Assembly (NCBI GenBank): GCA_964202895.1
Contig: CAXNJM010000001.1
Location: 176,673-240,672 of the forward strand
DNA length: 64,000 nucleotides
Reading direction: 5' to 3'
From: Rickettsiales bacterium UBA1997
Lineage (GTDB): Bacteria > Pseudomonadota > Alphaproteobacteria > Rickettsiales > UBA1997
The notes beneath the pieces are model-generated. The model searched no databases, was not told the DNA's origin, and saw nothing but the letters and a program-made list of their open reading frames with translations. The translations under genes and the position numbers were made by a program. Shown here piece by piece: positions 18,796 to 29,303 of this stretch; positions within the stretch are counted from its first letter, which is position 1; each line of letters begins with the position of its first letter.

Positions 18796-21651
18796 ATGTC
18801 TATCAAAAAAACAAATTCTACAGATCCTTCTCAATCATTGCCTTTAGTAATTGCAACTGGTAAAGACATTGAATCAGTGTCTCTAATTGGGGAAATGAAA
18901 AAATCATATCTTGATTATGCGATGAGTGTTATTGTTGCTAGAGCCATACCTTCTGCTTGCGATGGCTTAAAGCCAGTTCACCGCAGAATCTTATATGCTA
19001 TGTATGAAGGTGGATACGACTACAACAAGCCTTTTAAAAAATCGGCAAGAATAGTTGGTGAAGTAATGGGTAAATATCATCCTCACGGAGATTCTGCAAT
19101 ATATGAATCACTTGTTAGAATGGCTCAAGATTTTTCAATGAGGGTTCCTTTAATTGATGGTCAAGGTAATTTCGGTTCAATTGATGATGATCCACCTGCG
19201 GCGATGAGATATACAGAATCAAGATTAGCTAAAGTTTCGCATACTATGCTTGACGATCTCGATAAAGATACTGTCGATTTTGTTCCCAATTACGATGGCA
19301 GTGAAAGTGAGCCAAAAGTTGTTCCTGCTCGTTTTCCTAACCTTTTAGTTAACGGTTCTGGTGGAATCGCGGTGGGAATGGCAACCAATATTCCTCCTCA
19401 TAATCTTGGAGAAGTTATTGATGGCTGTCTTGCCTATATCGATAAGCCAGATATTACAGTTGATGAACTTTTAGCTATTATTCCTGCTCCAGATTTTCCA
19501 ACTGGCGGTATAATTCTTGGGAGAAGTGGTTATAATTCTGCGGCACATACGGGAAGAGGCTCTGTTGTTATGAGGGGTCGTCATAAAATTGAAAAAATTA
19601 ATGCCCATAAGAATGCAATTATCATTAATGAAATTCCTTATCAAGTCAATAAAGCTAAATTAGTTGAAAAAATCGCTGAATTAGTTAAGGAAAAAAAGAT
19701 TGAAGGCATTACAGATTTAAGAGATGAATCCGATAGAGATGGCATTAGAGTTGTTATTGAGCTTAAAAAAGATGCTATGGAAGAAGTTATTATTAATCAA
19801 TTATACAGCTTTACTGAACTGCAAACCAGCTTTGGAGTCAATATGTTGGCATTAAATTATGGCAGACCAGAATTGATGAATCTGCTTACAGTTATAAAGA
19901 TTTTTGTTGAATTCCGTGAAAAAATTGTTAATCGCAGAACTAATTTCTTGCTTAATAAAGCAAGGGATAAAACTCATATCTTAATTGGCTTGGCAATTGC
20001 TGTTGCAAATATTGATGAAATTGTTGAATTGATAAAAGCTTCTAAGGATGTTGCAGAAGCTAGAGAAAAGCTTCTTTCAAAATCTTGGAGTGCTGGAGTC
20101 GTTGAAGATATAATTAACCTCGTTCAAGATAGAGGAAACATTGTAAGGGAAGGCAGATTCTACTTCACTGAAACTCAAGCAAGAGCGATTCTTGAAATGA
20201 GGCTTGCGAGATTAACTGGCCTTGAGATGGAGAAGATAACCAATGAAATCAAAGAGCTTGCAATTGAAATTAATCACTATCTTGATTTGCTTGCTAATCG
20301 AGAAAAGTTATTGTCTCTAGTAAAGCAAGAATTAATCGATGTCAAGGAGCAGTTTTCTACTCCTAGAAAATCAACTATTGAAGCAAGTGAGTTTGAAGTT
20401 GATGTTGAAGATCTTATCCCTAAAGAAGAAATGGTCGTTGTTGGAACTATGAATGGCTATATAAAAAGAGTTGCTCTTTCTTCTTATCGTACCCAAAGAA
20501 GGGGGGGCAAGGGCAGAAGTGCGATGGATGTCAGAGACGAAGATGTTGCAACCGATATATTCGTTACTAATACCCATGCTCCAATTTTATTTTTTTCCAC
20601 TAAAGGCAAGGTCTATAAATTAAAAACCTATAAATTGCCTCTTGGCAACCCTCAAGCAAGAGGTAGAGCATTAGTTAATTTATTACCACTGGAAGCAGAT
20701 GAAAAAATTAGCACAATTCTTGCTTTACCTGAAGATGAGTCGCTGTGGGATAGCTTAAGCATTGCATTTGCAACTTCAGATGGTAATATTCGCAGAAACT
20801 CAATGGATCAATTTGTTGATATTCGTTCAAGCGGTAAAATTGCAATGAAGCTAGAAGGAGACGAAGCTTTAATAGGTGTAAATTTATGTAATGAACAAGA
20901 TGACATAATGCTTTCTACTAAAAATGGCAAATCAATTCGTTTTCCAGTGACTAGCCTAAGAGTTTTTCAGAGTAGAAATTCTACGGGAGTTAGAGGAATA
21001 AAGCTTGGAAAAGAAAATAAAGTTATTGCGATGTCAATTTTGAAGCATATTAGCGAAGATTCAATTGCTAAAGAAAATTATTTAAAAATTGATAATGACC
21101 TTCGTTTGTCAATTAAAAATGCATTGATTTATAATCAAAAATTGCAGGAAATCAAGCAAGATAGCAATATTTTACCAGATTTATTACAAAAAGAAGAAAT
21201 GTCAATTCCAACTGTTGAAACATCTGAATTAACGGTTGAGCAAATTCATAAAATGGCATTAAGCGAGCAGTTTATATTAACAATTACTGAAAATGGCTAC
21301 GGAAAAAGAAGCTCTGCTTTCGAATATCGCATTACTAATCGCGGTGGAGTTGGTATCACCAACATTATTACCTCAAAAAGAAATGGTAATGTAGTAGCGA
21401 GTTTCCCAATTGAAGATACCGACCAAATAATGATTATTGCTAATAAAGGAACTTTAATCAGAACCGATGTTTCAAATATAAGAATTACAGGCAGAAACAC
21501 ACAAGGAGTTACTCTAATAAAAACTAAAGATGAATCAGTGGTTGCGGTTGCAAGAATTGCTCATAGTGGCAACAAAGAGATTGATTCCGCTGAATTAGGC
21601 GAAGATTGCGATAATAACAATCAAGAAGAAATAATCACGGCAGTTGAATAG
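18796..21651 (+). CDS. gyrA: DNA gyrase subunit A
   Basis: '[29 protein letters not shown]', '[21 protein letters not shown]', and C-terminal beta-pinwheel repeats. Confidence 0.97.
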   Translation: MSIKKTNSTDPSQSLPLVIATGKDIESVSLIGEMKKSYLDYAMSVIVARAIPSACDGLKPVHRRILYAMYEGGYDYNKPFKKSARIVGEVMGKYHPHGDSAIYESLVRMAQDFSMRVPLIDGQGNFGSIDDDPPAAMRYTESRLAKVSHTMLDDLDKDTVDFVPNYDGSESEPKVVPARFPNLLVNGSGGIAVGMATNIPPHNLGEVIDGCLAYIDKPDITVDELLAIIPAPDFPTGGIILGRSGYNSAAHTGRGSVVMRGRHKIEKINAHKNAIIINEIPYQVNKAKLVEKIAELVKEKKIEGITDLRDESDRDGIRVVIELKKDAMEEVIINQLYSFTELQTSFGVNMLALNYGRPELMNLLTVIKIFVEFREKIVNRRTNFLLNKARDKTHILIGLAIAVANIDEIVELIKASKDVAEAREKLLSKSWSAGVVEDIINLVQDRGNIVREGRFYFTETQARAILEMRLARLTGLEMEKITNEIKELAIEINHYLDLLANREKLLSLVKQELIDVKEQFSTPRKSTIEASEFEVDVEDLIPKEEMVVVGTMNGYIKRVALSSYRTQRRGGKGRSAMDVRDEDVATDIFVTNTHAPILFFSTKGKVYKLKTYKLPLGNPQARGRALVNLLPLEADEKISTILALPEDESLWDSLSIAFATSDGNIRRNSMDQFVDIRSSGKIAMKLEGDEALIGVNLCNEQDDIMLSTKNGKSIRFPVTSLRVFQSRNSTGVRGIKLGKENKVIAMSILKHISEDSIAKENYLKIDNDLRLSIKNALIYNQKLQEIKQDSNILPDLLQKEEMSIPTVETSELTVEQIHKMALSEQFILTITENGYGKRSSAFEYRITNRGGVGITNIITSKRNGNVVASFPIEDTDQIMIIANKGTLIRTDVSNIRITGRNTQGVTLIKTKDESVVAVARIAHSGNKEIDSAELGEDCDNNNQEEIITAVE

Positions 21652-21709
21652 TAGGTTGAGTAATCAAAAACAGCCGTGATTTTTAAATTCTTTAAATTAT
21701 CACCCTAAA

Positions 21710-22327
21710 TTAGCAACTCAAAAATTGCCTGAGCTTTAAGTACAATGCTTGATAACATGTTAATGGTTGTGTTTTATTATCTGGAATATCGTTATTTCCA
21801 TCTGATTTTTTTATTTGTACGGCGGGTTTGGCGAGTTTGGCTGTTTTTATCAAATTATTTTGAAAGCTTTCATAATCATAATAAGTAATAGTTTTATTTC
21901 TCTGGTTGTAATCCATAATTTGCATTGCGACTGTGGAATTTTCCTCTGCAACTTCATCTGCAACATCAACTTCAGAGTTAATAATATTATGGTTAAATGT
22001 AGAGATATGTATTTTATTAATATTATCATGTTTATTAGTATTATCTTGTATTTTTTGCCGTTCTGATTCTTTATTTTCCTTCCGGGACATTTTTAGCTTA
22101 TAATAATAATTATACTGGGTTATGTTTTTATAATAGCTATTCATTGCAATATCTAGCTTTTCTTTTTGCTTATCATCTGTAATTTTAAGGTCATCAATAA
22201 AAGTTGATAAATTTTCTGAAGTTATTAAATCATAAGCTATAGAAGGTCTCAGCTTGATTATTGCAATTGCTAGATCTATTTTTTGCTCATCATCTTCAAT
22301 TCCAAGGTTATTAATCAAAATTGACAA
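21710..22327 (-). CDS. Hypothetical N/K/D-rich protein. The frame stays open a further 93 codons upstream, to 22606.
   Basis: The called ORF starts at TTG (22327). I translated the upstream minus strand, and the same frame is stop-free up to TAA at 22609-22607. No family motif recognised. Confidence 0.5.
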   Translation of the reverse strand: MSILINNLGIEDDEQKIDLAIAIIKLRPSIAYDLITSENLSTFIDDLKITDDKQKEKLDIAMNSYYKNITQYNYYYKLKMSRKENKESERQKIQDNTNKHDNINKIHISTFNHNIINSEVDVADEVAEENSTVAMQIMDYNQRNKTITYYDYESFQNNLIKTAKLAKPAVQIKKSDGNNDIPDNKTQPLTCYQALYLKLRQFLSC

Positions 22328-22691
22328 TAGTCCTGATGAGTTAATTGTAGAATGATTCTGCTTAATTATTTCAGTTATGAGCTTTTCTTGAAAAAATTCA
22401 TGTTTCAGCTCGCAATTTTTATAAAAAGTTAATAAATCTGTTGTCCCTTTGATATTTTTGATTATATTAGAATAACCAGTAATTGCTTGATATAATGCTT
22501 GAAAATCTGCTGCAGTAGGTTCATCTTTATTATGCTTCTTAATGTGATCGATTAATTCTTGCTTTGTTTTTATTATTGGGTTTTCTATATTTATATGTTT
22601 GTTAAATTAATATTATTAAGTAATAGAAAATATTACTAAGTACTAAGTTAAATCATATTAATTTAAGAATCAAATTGTTTTTTAGGGTGGA

Positions 22692-23360
22692 TTATTTTTG
22701 ATTATTGAATTTTGTAATAATTTTAGACATTTCATCAAAGCTTTGATCAATAGTTTGTGTTCCGTTATCAATTATTATAGCATCCGCAACCTTTATTAGC
22801 GGGGCATTGATTCTGTTTATATCGTTAGAATCTCTACTCTCTAGCTGTTTGAAGATGGTTTGATATTCGAGATTTGGATTGTTTTTTACAAGCTGTGCGA
22901 ATCGTCTTTTTGCTCTAATTTCAAGGTCGGCAATAATAAAAAATTTTATATCCGCTTGTGGATAAACAATGCTGGCGATGTCTCTACCATCAATAATTGC
23001 TCCATTATATTTGCAGTTTGGTTGTTGATTAATAGATATAAAATCTCTTTGAAATTTTAATAAATAATCTCTTAAAGTTTGATTTTTTGCTATTTGCGAT
23101 GCAATAATGCCCACCTCTTCACTGAATAATTGAGGATTTTCTAAATTATAATTATGCAAATTATTGACTAATTTTTCTAAATGAATATTCAATTTTTCTA
23201 ACTCAATCTGTGATTCGATTATTTGCATTGCAACCGCTCTGAATAGGGCTCCGCTGTTAAGATAGGCAAGGTTAAAATATTTGGCTATTTTTTCTGCCAA
23301 TGTTCCCTTTCCTGAAGATGAAGGGCCGTCAACGGCAATAATTAAAGGTTTTTTTATCAT
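22692..23360 (-). CDS. cmk: Cytidylate kinase
   Basis: 'IIAVDGPSSSGKGTLA', 'YLNSGALFR', 'DGRDI'. Confidence 0.9.
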   Translation of the reverse strand: MIKKPLIIAVDGPSSSGKGTLAEKIAKYFNLAYLNSGALFRAVAMQIIESQIELEKLNIHLEKLVNNLHNYNLENPQLFSEEVGIIASQIAKNQTLRDYLLKFQRDFISINQQPNCKYNGAIIDGRDIASIVYPQADIKFFIIADLEIRAKRRFAQLVKNNPNLEYQTIFKQLESRDSNDINRINAPLIKVADAIIIDNGTQTIDQSFDEMSKIITKFNNQK

Positions 23361-24505
23361 TGATAATTTTTATAAAATATTAAAAAAGTTAAATATGAAA
23401 TACAGCCGATTATGATGGCAATTGGAAAGCCATTATGGCCAAAAATATCAATTAAAACACCGCCTAACAAGCCTCCGCAGATTGAGCCTAGGCCCCCGAT
23501 TCTTTGAAATGTAGTATTGGCACTGATTAATTCTTGGCTTTTATATGAATCATTGGTGATTTTAAATACTGAAACAAAAATGCAGGCTATTCCTACTCCA
23601 AATAAAAAATATAGAATCAGCAATAATTGATAATTATGACTAAGTATAACAATTAGAAAGCAAGACAAGCAAATAAGGAAGCCGACATTGATAATTTTAT
23701 ATGGATTATATTTTCGTAGCATAATTCCAATTATTACATCGCTAAAACCGCTTGCCATGTAGGAGCTAATTAAGATTCCTGATTTTTCAAAGCTTAAACC
23801 TATTTTATTGCCAAATACGACAGTAAAGGAGATTAAGCAAAATGTTTGAAAATCGAGAAAAAATCTTGCAAAACTTAATAAAGGATTGTTTTTAAAAAAT
23901 GTTTTTAGGGGAATATTTTGATTATTTATCGTAAATGTTGATTTGGTTTTAAATAACAGCATAGCAACTAGCGACAAAAAGGATAGTATGCCAGATATAA
24001 TAAAGCTAAGATAATTCTCTGCACCGCTAAAGTTGACAATGAGAGGCCCTATCGCCAAACCAGCGGAAATTAACATGCTGAATATGCCGATAACAGTTCC
24101 TCTCTGCTTATTATCAACCAAAGAATTTAGCCAAGCTTGTCTAATAATTACACAAGTAAACCAACACATTCCCATTGTAAATATTAATAATAACCAGCAC
24201 CAAAAATTAATAAAAAAATAAGCAACAATAATTGCAATGCTGTAAATTATAGAAGCAACGGTAATTGAGGGGATGGGTTTAAATTTTGCAATTATTTTAG
24301 GTAGAGCGAAAGAAATAATTATTCCAGAGCCTATTTCTATTATTGTTGCAAAACCCATTGCCCTAGGGCTAATATTGTTTATGGTAAGCAGTGCAGGGAA
24401 TATTACAGCATTTATTCCCGTTGCTGTTGCAAAAATGAAAATGCTAAGAAATAGCAATTTTAAATTTCCTATTATTTTGAGGTCTTTAATTATTTGTTTT
24501 GGCAT
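23357..24505 (-). CDS. MFS transporter
   Basis: 382 aa, ~12 hydrophobic segments. Paralogous to the next gene. A 4-nt overlap with cmk. Confidence 0.7.
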   Translation of the reverse strand: MPKQIIKDLKIIGNLKLLFLSIFIFATATGINAVIFPALLTINNISPRAMGFATIIEIGSGIIISFALPKIIAKFKPIPSITVASIIYSIAIIVAYFFINFWCWLLLIFTMGMCWFTCVIIRQAWLNSLVDNKQRGTVIGIFSMLISAGLAIGPLIVNFSGAENYLSFIISGILSFLSLVAMLLFKTKSTFTINNQNIPLKTFFKNNPLLSFARFFLDFQTFCLISFTVVFGNKIGLSFEKSGILISSYMASGFSDVIIGIMLRKYNPYKIINVGFLICLSCFLIVILSHNYQLLLILYFLFGVGIACIFVSVFKITNDSYKSQELISANTTFQRIGGLGSICGGLLGGVLIDIFGHNGFPIAIIIGCISYLTFLIFYKNYQ

Positions 24506-24602
24506 TATTTAGATTTTTTATATTTTATAGCGATATAATAGTTCTAATTAATATTAAAAAACAACTATCAATATCAATTAAATATCATCAGAGAAGAAAT
24601 TG

Positions 24603-25907
24603 TTATTCTTGTTGAATTGACTCTTCTTTTTTAATAAAAATTCTTGTTGACCATTCAAATTGACCTTTTTTAACTTTCATAAAGTAATCGCTAAGGCAAA
24701 TTACTAAAAAAATCGTTAAAATTAAACAAATTGATACCCATAATCCTTGGGGCCCAATTGATTTCATTAACAAACCCGTTGAAAAAAGCCCAAATATGTT
24801 TCCAGTGAGGCTAAACCTAGCAAAGGCTGTGTTAACACTAATTCTTTGAGTTTGTTTATATTTTTCATTAATTAAAACGATTGCAGGTAATTTTACTCCA
24901 GCTAGAAAACCAAACAATAAAAACAAAGCAAGATGTATTTCATTTACATTATTTTGATATAATAAATAAAAAGAGCAAATGAGTGCCATAAAAGCAGAAA
25001 ATATCATTAATAATCTACGATTTATTATGTCGGCTAAATAGCCAATTGGAATTGATAATATAGTGCCAAAAAGCAATGTAGAGAGGAGCATTGCAGAATC
25101 TCGAGTTGATAAGCCAACTTTGATACCATAAATTATTAAAAATGCATTAGTCGACGATAGTGCATAACTAGTACAAAAGCCTGCCAACATTATTTTTGGT
25201 GAGTTTTTGATATATCGAAAAATGGTTATTTTTTTCTCTTCGCAAATATTGTTGCTACTAAAATTTAATCTAAGAATTGGTATAATTGAAACTAAATAGA
25301 AACCGCAAGCAATTAAATGGATGATTAATTGATTGTTAAAATTAACGATGTTATAAATCAATGGGCCTAAGCTATTGCCAATAGAAACTACCATGGTTCC
25401 ACAAGAAATAATAATTGCCCGCGATTTAACGGGAGCAATATCTATCATAATTGTTTGACGAACGACACCGCAAGAAAATAGAGAAATGCCAAATGTCAAT
25501 ATTACAATTAACCACCAAAAATAATTAAAATAAAAACATAAAATTACCGCTGATAATGCTGAGATTATTGAATAAAAACGAATGGTTTGTAATGCCCCGT
25601 ATTTAGCAACTATGCCCGGTAAGAATCTTGCGAAAAATACTCCCGAACCAATTTGAGTTGCCGTTGAAATTGAAATTAATATTTCGTTTTTGATATGATG
25701 TTCAACTTGTAGAGATATAAGCACTATCAATATTCCATATCCAATTGAAGAAAGAAATATTGAAGAAAAAACAGCAATAAAATTATAAAGAAAATTAGCT
25801 TTATCAATATTTTCTGAGCTTTTATTAGATGTAATGTTTGGAATTCCAAATTGAGCAGAGTCGTAATTTCTTGCTATTGGCTGTTGAGATGTTTTAAAAA
25901 TTATCAT
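24603..25907 (-). CDS. MFS transporter (paralogue of 23357-24505)
   Basis: 434 aa, ~12 hydrophobic segments. Collinear motifs with its neighbour, e.g. 'QIGSGVFFARFLPGIVAKYG' vs 'EIGSGIIISFALPKIIAKFK'. Confidence 0.7.
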   Translation of the reverse strand: MIIFKTSQQPIARNYDSAQFGIPNITSNKSSENIDKANFLYNFIAVFSSIFLSSIGYGILIVLISLQVEHHIKNEILISISTATQIGSGVFFARFLPGIVAKYGALQTIRFYSIISALSAVILCFYFNYFWWLIVILTFGISLFSCGVVRQTIMIDIAPVKSRAIIISCGTMVVSIGNSLGPLIYNIVNFNNQLIIHLIACGFYLVSIIPILRLNFSSNNICEEKKITIFRYIKNSPKIMLAGFCTSYALSSTNAFLIIYGIKVGLSTRDSAMLLSTLLFGTILSIPIGYLADIINRRLLMIFSAFMALICSFYLLYQNNVNEIHLALFLLFGFLAGVKLPAIVLINEKYKQTQRISVNTAFARFSLTGNIFGLFSTGLLMKSIGPQGLWVSICLILTIFLVICLSDYFMKVKKGQFEWSTRIFIKKEESIQQE

Positions 25908-25908
25908 T

Positions 25909-26388
25909 TTAGAACTTTAATTTGTGGCTATGAAAATGGCAAATTGCAGTTGCGAGTGCGTCTGCTTCATCTTCAGTTTTAAATTCTGCTTTTGGCATTA
26001 GCATTTTTACCATTAATTGAATCTGTTTTTTATCTGCTCTGCCATTGCCAACTATTGTTTTTTTGATTGCGGTTGTTGAATATTCTGCAATTTCCAAGTT
26101 ATAATTCGCAATAGTTAAAATTAATGCACCTCGAATATGTCCTAATTTTAAGGAAGATAAAGGATTAACATTTATAAACACTTCTTCTATTGCTGAAAAT
26201 TCTGGTCGATATAATTCTATAACCAAAGATAATTCTTTGTAAAAATGTTTTAATCTTTTGTCGATGGTTTCTGTTGCTTTTGAATAAATAGTTCCGCAGG
26301 CAATAAATTGCAATAGATTATTTTTGTTCACTTCAATTATTCCCCAGCCGGTTTTAGTGAGGCCGGGGTCAATTCCAATAATTTTCAT
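25909..26388 (-). CDS. ruvC: Holliday junction resolvase RuvC
   Basis: 'MKIIGIDPGLTKTGWGII', 'AIEEVF', 'GNGRADKKQI', 'EDEADALA'. Confidence 0.92.
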   Translation of the reverse strand: MKIIGIDPGLTKTGWGIIEVNKNNLLQFIACGTIYSKATETIDKRLKHFYKELSLVIELYRPEFSAIEEVFINVNPLSSLKLGHIRGALILTIANYNLEIAEYSTTAIKKTIVGNGRADKKQIQLMVKMLMPKAEFKTEDEADALATAICHFHSHKLKF

Positions 26389-26406
26389 TTTTCGATTGTA
26401 ATTTAT

Positions 26407-27099
26407 TTATCTTGAGTTTTCAATTATTTTAGAGATCGCAAATACTGAGCCAATAAATGATAATATTGCCATTCCCAGCAATATTTCAATATCAAATATG
26501 ATGTTATTATCTAGAGTTTGAATTAATGCGATTTGTCCGATTAAGATGGTTGGTATCATTAAAGGCAGTGCTATTATTGCGGAAAGAGGAAATGAGCTAC
26601 CAGCAATAGAAATGCTTCCCGATAAACTTGCTATTGAATTCAGAATAAAGCTAATAATTGAGAAAACTAACATTATTTTAAAAATGAATTGATATTTATT
26701 GACTGCAATTTGACTAAAATCAAAAACAAAATTTATGTATATCGGTAAGATAATTAGAGTTAGCCAACTTGATTTTATCCAATTAGCGAAAACTTTTGCT
26801 CCAATTGCTATTTCAAGCCTTTCGCAAGATAAAAATATTTGATCAATTGATCCGTCTTCGAAATCTTCTTTTATAAATTGATAATTGAAGCCATTAATCA
26901 TGGTGATAAAACAGATGTTGATAACTGTTAATGTTTGCACCATTTGGGTTTTTAGATCTTCTTGATTAGGGATGGTTAAATTTAAAATCATAATAAAGAT
27001 AACAAAAAACATAGAATTGGCAACTAAGCCAGCAAAATTGCTAATTCCTAGCTTTAAATCGTTGATTAAGATTAGATAAAAACTAATTAGGTAATTCAT
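26407..27099 (-). CDS. ccmB: Heme exporter protein B (cytochrome c maturation ABC permease)
   Basis: 230 aa with six hydrophobic segments and the CcmB-type loop 'FIKEDFEDGSIDQIFL'. Confidence 0.7.
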   Translation of the reverse strand: MNYLISFYLILINDLKLGISNFAGLVANSMFFVIFIMILNLTIPNQEDLKTQMVQTLTVINICFITMINGFNYQFIKEDFEDGSIDQIFLSCERLEIAIGAKVFANWIKSSWLTLIILPIYINFVFDFSQIAVNKYQFIFKIMLVFSIISFILNSIASLSGSISIAGSSFPLSAIIALPLMIPTILIGQIALIQTLDNNIIFDIEILLGMAILSFIGSVFAISKIIENSR

Positions 27100-27110
27100 T
27101 GAAAATTTTT

Positions 27111-28547
27111 TTAGCGACCATATAAATCGTCAAACCTTGTAATATCATCTTCTTCGAGATATTTTCCAGTTTGAACTTCTATTATTTCCAGAAAATTGTC
27201 GGAATCATTGATGATTCTGTGTTTGGTTCCAGATTTTATATAGGTTGATTCATCGGTATTTAAGATAAAAGATTGATCGCCTTTTATAACTGTTGCAACC
27301 CCATTCACCACTATCCAATGTTCTGAACGATGATTGTGTAGCTGTAGAGATAATGCTGAATGCGGTTTAACAATAATTTTTTTTAATTTAAAGTTATTGC
27401 CAACATCAATAATTTCAAAACTTCCCCAAGGCCGAAATTTTTTTGGCATTGAATTAACCTCTTCAATATTTTGCTTTTGCAAAATTTCAACCATTTCCTT
27501 TATTTGTTGAGCATTGTTTTTACTAGCAACAAGAAGGGCATCTTTTAGATTTACGACCAGTAAATTATCAACTCCTATAATTGCAGTTATTGATTTTAAA
27601 GAATGGACATAGCAATTTTGACTATTAAGACTATAAGCTTTACCTATTAAGCTATTGCCATTATTGTCTTTTTCACTAATATCAGCGACCGTTTTCCAGC
27701 TTCCGACATCGTTCCAATCAAGATTTATAGGCAATACAGCAACATTTTTTGATTTTTCAATTATTGCATAGTCAATGGAGACATTTTTAACTTGTTCAAA
27801 CGAATTGCTAAGCCTTGTAAAATCAAGATCTTTTGATGATTCTAGATAAGATTTTTCGCATTTCTCAAAAATATCGGGGCAGATTTTTTTTAACTCCTCT
27901 AAAAAAAACGATGCTCTAAAGGCAAATATTCCGCTATTCCATAAATTTAACTGATTTTTTATTAATTCTTCAGCCTTGATTTTATTGGGTTTTTCAATGA
28001 AGTTTTTTACTTTATAGATTTCATTTTCGCTGTTAATTTCGTTAAATAAGGGGGTGCTTTCTCTTTCGATATAACCATAGCCAGATTCTGCATATTTTGG
28101 CTTTATTCCAAAGGTTAATAGCATTTTATTGAAATCAATTTTTCTAAGATTTTTTACTTTTTCTATAAATAAGTCATCATTTTTAATAAGGTGGTCGCAG
28201 GGCATTGTTATGACTAAATCCTCACCTTGATGATTGTTATTGATTGTTGCCATCGAACCAATTGCAATTGCTGGAGCGGTATTTTTAGGGGTTGGTTCAA
28301 GGATTATCTCTCTTGCTTGGTAATTTAGTTTTTGCAATTCCTCTCCAACAATAAAGCGATGTTCGTGATTAATAATTATGATTGCAGGGTTGAAAAATGA
28401 GCTATCTCTAACTCTAGAAATAGTTTGTTGAAAGAGGGATTTCTGATTAAAAAGACTAAGAAATTGCTTAGGATAATTCTGACGAGAAAGTGGCCATAAT
28501 CTAGTGCCAGAGCCTCCGGACATTATTATTGGGGTGATTTTTTTCAT
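27111..28547 (-). CDS. manC: Mannose-1-phosphate guanylyltransferase / mannose-6-phosphate isomerase
   Basis: 'PIIMSGGSGTRLWPLSRQNYPKQF', 'GYGYI', and a C-terminal cupin 'RPWGSFE...LSLQLHNHRSEHWIVV.G'. Confidence 0.88.
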   Translation of the reverse strand: MKKITPIIMSGGSGTRLWPLSRQNYPKQFLSLFNQKSLFQQTISRVRDSSFFNPAIIIINHEHRFIVGEELQKLNYQAREIILEPTPKNTAPAIAIGSMATINNNHQGEDLVITMPCDHLIKNDDLFIEKVKNLRKIDFNKMLLTFGIKPKYAESGYGYIERESTPLFNEINSENEIYKVKNFIEKPNKIKAEELIKNQLNLWNSGIFAFRASFFLEELKKICPDIFEKCEKSYLESSKDLDFTRLSNSFEQVKNVSIDYAIIEKSKNVAVLPINLDWNDVGSWKTVADISEKDNNGNSLIGKAYSLNSQNCYVHSLKSITAIIGVDNLLVVNLKDALLVASKNNAQQIKEMVEILQKQNIEEVNSMPKKFRPWGSFEIIDVGNNFKLKKIIVKPHSALSLQLHNHRSEHWIVVNGVATVIKGDQSFILNTDESTYIKSGTKHRIINDSDNFLEIIEVQTGKYLEEDDITRFDDLYGR

Positions 28548-29236
28548 AAATTTTTAAATAAGTCAATGCCGGCAAAACCAGATATATTAAGCCTTGATAA
28601 TGGTTTAATGTTTTTTTTATTGATTCCGCCGAGCGGATATATCTCTTTAAATTTATTGCTACAAATTTTTTTATTTTTAGTAAAAACATTATTTTTTAAT
28701 ATAATTTTTTTTAATTGCAACATTCCAATTGGCAAATCTCCTTGATGGCTGGTTGTTGCAAATATTGGAGAAATAAATATTTTTGTAAAATTTTCATTAT
28801 TTTGCAATTTATTAAAGGATGATAAATTGTGGCAACTACAGCTATAAATAAAAGAATGATTTTTGTTAATTAAATTATACCGTGAAAAAATACGAAATTT
28901 AATATAATCTAGCCATTCTTCAGAGCCAAATTTTTGCCTGTCTGAGTAGTGATAGCCATCGGCATTGATTTTTCTTGACAAAGAAAAATTTTTCCCAATT
29001 AATATTTTAATTTTCAGTTTGCGGGCTTGTTTTAATAGTTCAACAACGATAGCTTCTCTAGTTTCTGGAGGTAAGTTATATTCGCGAAAAATAATAGCTG
29101 AATTAATAGGTAATTTTCTTAAAATTTTTTCAATATCATCGATTTTATTTTTGTCGCTAAATAAAAAATTAATAATATTTTTTTTATTTTTCTGTAAAAA
29201 TTTATTACCAATAAAATTAAAATGTAATGTTTGCAA
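28544..29236 (-). CDS. Thiamine-phosphate synthase (ThiE/TenI)-like protein
   Basis: Weak but collinear ThiE pattern: 'ADGYHYSD', 'SCSCHN', 'IFISPIFATTSH', 'PLGGIN'. A 4-nt overlap with manC. Confidence 0.5.
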   Translation of the reverse strand: MQTLHFNFIGNKFLQKNKKNIINFLFSDKNKIDDIEKILRKLPINSAIIFREYNLPPETREAIVVELLKQARKLKIKILIGKNFSLSRKINADGYHYSDRQKFGSEEWLDYIKFRIFSRYNLINKNHSFIYSCSCHNLSSFNKLQNNENFTKIFISPIFATTSHQGDLPIGMLQLKKIILKNNVFTKNKKICSNKFKEIYPLGGINKKNIKPLSRLNISGFAGIDLFKNL

Positions 29237-29303
29237 TTGAATAATGAATTATTAATAGTGAATAGATTTTGTAATAATAACTTTAAAACTCGATAAATCA
29301 ACC

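Noticed and set aside
21636-21685. Possible terminator after gyrA (aatcacggc ... gccgtgatt + TTTT)
   Set aside because: The 9-bp arms are separated by a ~30-nt loop and the left arm lies inside the gyrA coding sequence. It is too weak to report as a feature.
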